DNA from: Cylindrospermopsis raciborskii Cr2010
GTDB taxonomy: Bacteria > Cyanobacteriota > Cyanobacteriia > Cyanobacteriales > Nostocaceae
Assembly: GCF_003367075.2 (NCBI RefSeq)
Contig: NZ_CP065936.1
Coordinates: forward strand, 840,001 to 872,000
Direction: 5' to 3'
DNA: 32,000 nucleotides
Of this stretch, positions 29,658 to 32,000 are shown one piece after another. How positions within the stretch are numbered: the first letter of the stretch is position 1; each line of letters opens with the position of its first letter. The notes below the pieces were generated by a model. The model ran no database searches and had not been told where the DNA came from. It was given only the letters and a program-made list of their open reading frames with translations. Made by a program: the position numbers and the translations under genes.

Positions 29658-30332
29658 ATGATTTTTGATTTAAAGGTTCCTGGGGAATGGGATAGTGTTC
29701 TCTCGGACGAGTTCCGGAAACCTTATTGGAAGCAACTGGAAGAGTTTCTCGTTCAAGAAAGAAGTTCTCAAACCATTTACCCACCAGAGTCAGAAGTTTT
29801 TTCTGCTTTTGAATTAACACCTTACCAACAGGTAAATGTTTTATTATTAGGGCAAGATCCCTATCATCAAAGAAATCAAGCCCATGGTTTATGTTTTTCC
29901 GTCAAACCTGGTATTAAACCACCACCTTCTCTCAAAAACATTTATCGGGAACTTCAACAAGATATAGGATGTCCTATTGCCAATCATGGTTACCTAGCTA
30001 ATTGGGCTAAGCAAGGTATCTTAATGCTAAATGCGGTGTTAACCGTAAGAGAGGGACAAGCCAATTCTCATAAAAATCAAGGTTGGGAACTTTTCACCGA
30101 TGAGGTGATTAAAAAGGTTAATGAAAAAACAAAACCCGTCATCTTTGTTCTTTGGGGTGGATATGCGAGAAAAAAAGTCAAACTAATTGACACAAATCGA
30201 CACTTAGTGATTGAATCAGCCCACCCTTCTCCTTTATCCGCCTATCATGGCTTTTTTGGTAGCAAACCCTTCTCAGCAATAAATTCAGCTTTAAAGATCT
30301 GGGATAAACCAGAAATTGACTGGGGATTATAG
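29658..30332 (+). CDS. ung: Uracil-DNA glycosylase
   Basis: LLLGQDPYHQRNQAHGLCFSV, LLNAVLTVREG, ESAHPSPLSAYHGFFG. Confidence 0.97.
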   Translation: MIFDLKVPGEWDSVLSDEFRKPYWKQLEEFLVQERSSQTIYPPESEVFSAFELTPYQQVNVLLLGQDPYHQRNQAHGLCFSVKPGIKPPPSLKNIYRELQQDIGCPIANHGYLANWAKQGILMLNAVLTVREGQANSHKNQGWELFTDEVIKKVNEKTKPVIFVLWGGYARKKVKLIDTNRHLVIESAHPSPLSAYHGFFGSKPFSAINSALKIWDKPEIDWGL

Positions 30333-30396
30333 CTTTAACCAAAACCAACCACGGATCCCATCTGTTAGAATCACTTTATAACTACCTTATGAAAAT

Positions 30397-31875
30397 ATGA
30401 GCATAGCCACAGCTGTAAAAACAGAATACGAAGCCATCATAGGACTAGAAACCCATTGTCAACTTAGCACCAATACCAAAATTTTTTCCAGCAGCTCTAC
30501 TGCTTTTGGTGCTGAACCCAACACCAATATTGACCCAGTCTGTATGGGTTTACCGGGTGTCTTACCAGTCCTCAATGCTAAAGTTCTAGAATATGCAGTT
30601 AAAGCAGGTTTAGCTTTAAACTGTCAAATTGCCAAGTATAGTAAATTTGACCGTAAACAGTATTTTTATCCTGATCTGCCAAAAAACTATCAAATTTCCC
30701 AATATGACCTACCCATAGCTGAACATGGTTGGCTAGAAATCGAAATGGTAGATGATCATGATAACCCCGTTCGTAAACGGATTGGTATTACTCGTCTACA
30801 CATGGAAGAGGATGCAGGAAAGTTGGTGCATGCTGGCAGTGATCGATTAGCTGGTTCCAGTTATTCCCTAGTAGACTACAATCGTGCTGGTGTACCCTTA
30901 ATAGAAATTGTTTCGGAACCCGATCTACGTTCCGGTCAAGAAGCAGCTGAATACGCCCAGGAATTACGTAGAATTATGCGATATTTGGGTGTGAGTGATG
31001 GGAATATGCAAGAAGGTTCCCTCCGCTGTGATGTGAATATTTCTGTTCGTCCAGTGGGGGAAAAGAAATTTGGCACTAAGGTGGAAATCAAAAATATGAA
31101 CTCCTTTAGTGCTATCCAAAGAGCAATAGATTATGAGATTCAACGTCAAATTGCTGCTATAGAAGCAGGAGAGAGAATAATTCAAGAAACCCGTTTGTGG
31201 GAGGAAGGTTCCCAACGCACTAGCAGTATGCGAGTGAAAGAAGGTTCTAGTGATTATCGTTATTTCCCCGAACCGGATTTAGCACCTATTGAAGTTTCCC
31301 ATAGCCAACTAGAAACCTGGAGATCTGAATTACCAGAATTACCCGCTCAAAAACGTCACCGTTATGAACATGAGTTGGGACTTTCAGCATACGATACCAG
31401 AGTCTTAACGGAGGATCTACCAGTCACAGAATATTTTGAAACTGCTATAAATGCTGGTGCTAACCCCAAATCAGCTGCTAATTGGATTACTCAAGATATA
31501 GCTGCCTACCTAAACAAACAAAAACTTACCATATCAGAAATTAAACTGACACCCCAGACCATAGCGGAGGTGATTAGTCGTATTGAGAAAGGTAAAATTA
31601 GTAATGCTCAAGCAAAAGAAAAATTGGCGGATTTACTTACAGGTATTTCTGTGGAGGAAGTCTTTGCTGGTCAGGAATTAATCACGGATCCAGCCGTGTT
31701 AGGTCCCATAGTGGATGAAATAATTGCTGCTAATCCACAACAGGTGGAGAAATACCGGGGTGGCAATATTAACCTCAAGGGTTTCTTTGTGGGACAAGTA
31801 TTGAAAAAGACTAATAAACGAGCGGAACCCAAACTAACCAACGAACTAGTGGAAAGAAAACTCAACAACTCATAA
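30397..31875 (+). CDS. gatB: Aspartyl/glutamyl-tRNA amidotransferase subunit B
   Basis: YEAIIGLETHCQL, PVLNAKVLEYAVKAGLALNC, LRCDVNISVRP, KNMNSF; 492 aa. Confidence 0.97.
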   Translation: MSIATAVKTEYEAIIGLETHCQLSTNTKIFSSSSTAFGAEPNTNIDPVCMGLPGVLPVLNAKVLEYAVKAGLALNCQIAKYSKFDRKQYFYPDLPKNYQISQYDLPIAEHGWLEIEMVDDHDNPVRKRIGITRLHMEEDAGKLVHAGSDRLAGSSYSLVDYNRAGVPLIEIVSEPDLRSGQEAAEYAQELRRIMRYLGVSDGNMQEGSLRCDVNISVRPVGEKKFGTKVEIKNMNSFSAIQRAIDYEIQRQIAAIEAGERIIQETRLWEEGSQRTSSMRVKEGSSDYRYFPEPDLAPIEVSHSQLETWRSELPELPAQKRHRYEHELGLSAYDTRVLTEDLPVTEYFETAINAGANPKSAANWITQDIAAYLNKQKLTISEIKLTPQTIAEVISRIEKGKISNAQAKEKLADLLTGISVEEVFAGQELITDPAVLGPIVDEIIAANPQQVEKYRGGNINLKGFFVGQVLKKTNKRAEPKLTNELVERKLNNS

Positions 31876-31923
31876 CCAACCGGAAAAAAAATGGAAAAAT
31901 TTGAAAAAAAACTAAAAAGGGGT

Positions 31924-31956
31924 TTGACCCCTCACACTAATAGTGTTATAGTGTGA
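31924..31956 (+). promoter_or_regulatory. Sigma-70 promoter overlapped by a perfect operator-like palindrome
   Basis: TTGACC (31924-31929), 17 nt, TATAGT (31947-31952). Palindrome TCACACTA (31932-31939), N9, TAGTGTGA (31949-31956). Confidence 0.65.
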
Positions 31957-31993
31957 TAAGTAGATGCACCCTGATGATTTGGAGAGCTATTTC

Positions 31994-32000
31994 ATGGCTC
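31994..32000 (+). CDS. Start of a truncated gene, product not determinable
   Basis: ATG at 31994 preceded by GGAGAG at 31981; only 7 nt are in the window. Confidence 0.55.

Noticed and set aside
1-32000. CRISPR arrays, tRNAs, rRNAs, tmRNA and intact transposase genes
   Set aside because: Looked for regular 28-37 bp direct repeats with spacers, clover-leaf or CCA-type tRNA ends and transposase ORFs by eye; none recognised.

Overview
This 32 kb window is a chromosomal segment from a cyanobacterium, most likely a filamentous, heterocystous-type relative. That placement is inferred from psaA/psaB, a nitrogenase-associated ArsC-like protein and the protein style. It is mostly ordinary housekeeping sequence: recN, a coxB-coxA-coxC operon, a glutaminase, psaA-psaB, mtnA, a Tab2-family protein, an S8 protease, map, an amidase, two histidine phosphatases, a dihydroorotase-like protein, ung and gatB. 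The best candidate for an undescribed system is the two-gene unit at 325..4176. Its first gene is a TPR-CHAT protein whose His/Cys dyad positions read Thr/Tyr. Its second gene, 9 bp downstream, has a small N-terminal helical domain, two CxxC pairs and a DUF4145/HEPN-like domain. Other points of interest: a palindromic repeat present three times, with one copy split by a second palindromic element (11461..11569); a group II intron domain V/VI fossil; a 46-aa ORF with its own promoter and hairpin leader, enclosed by ~110-bp direct repeats; a dihydroorotase-like protein missing three of four metal-binding His; and a Tab2 homologue close to psaAB. No CRISPR array, rRNA or tRNA was recognised. All family assignments are from reading the sequence, with no database search.
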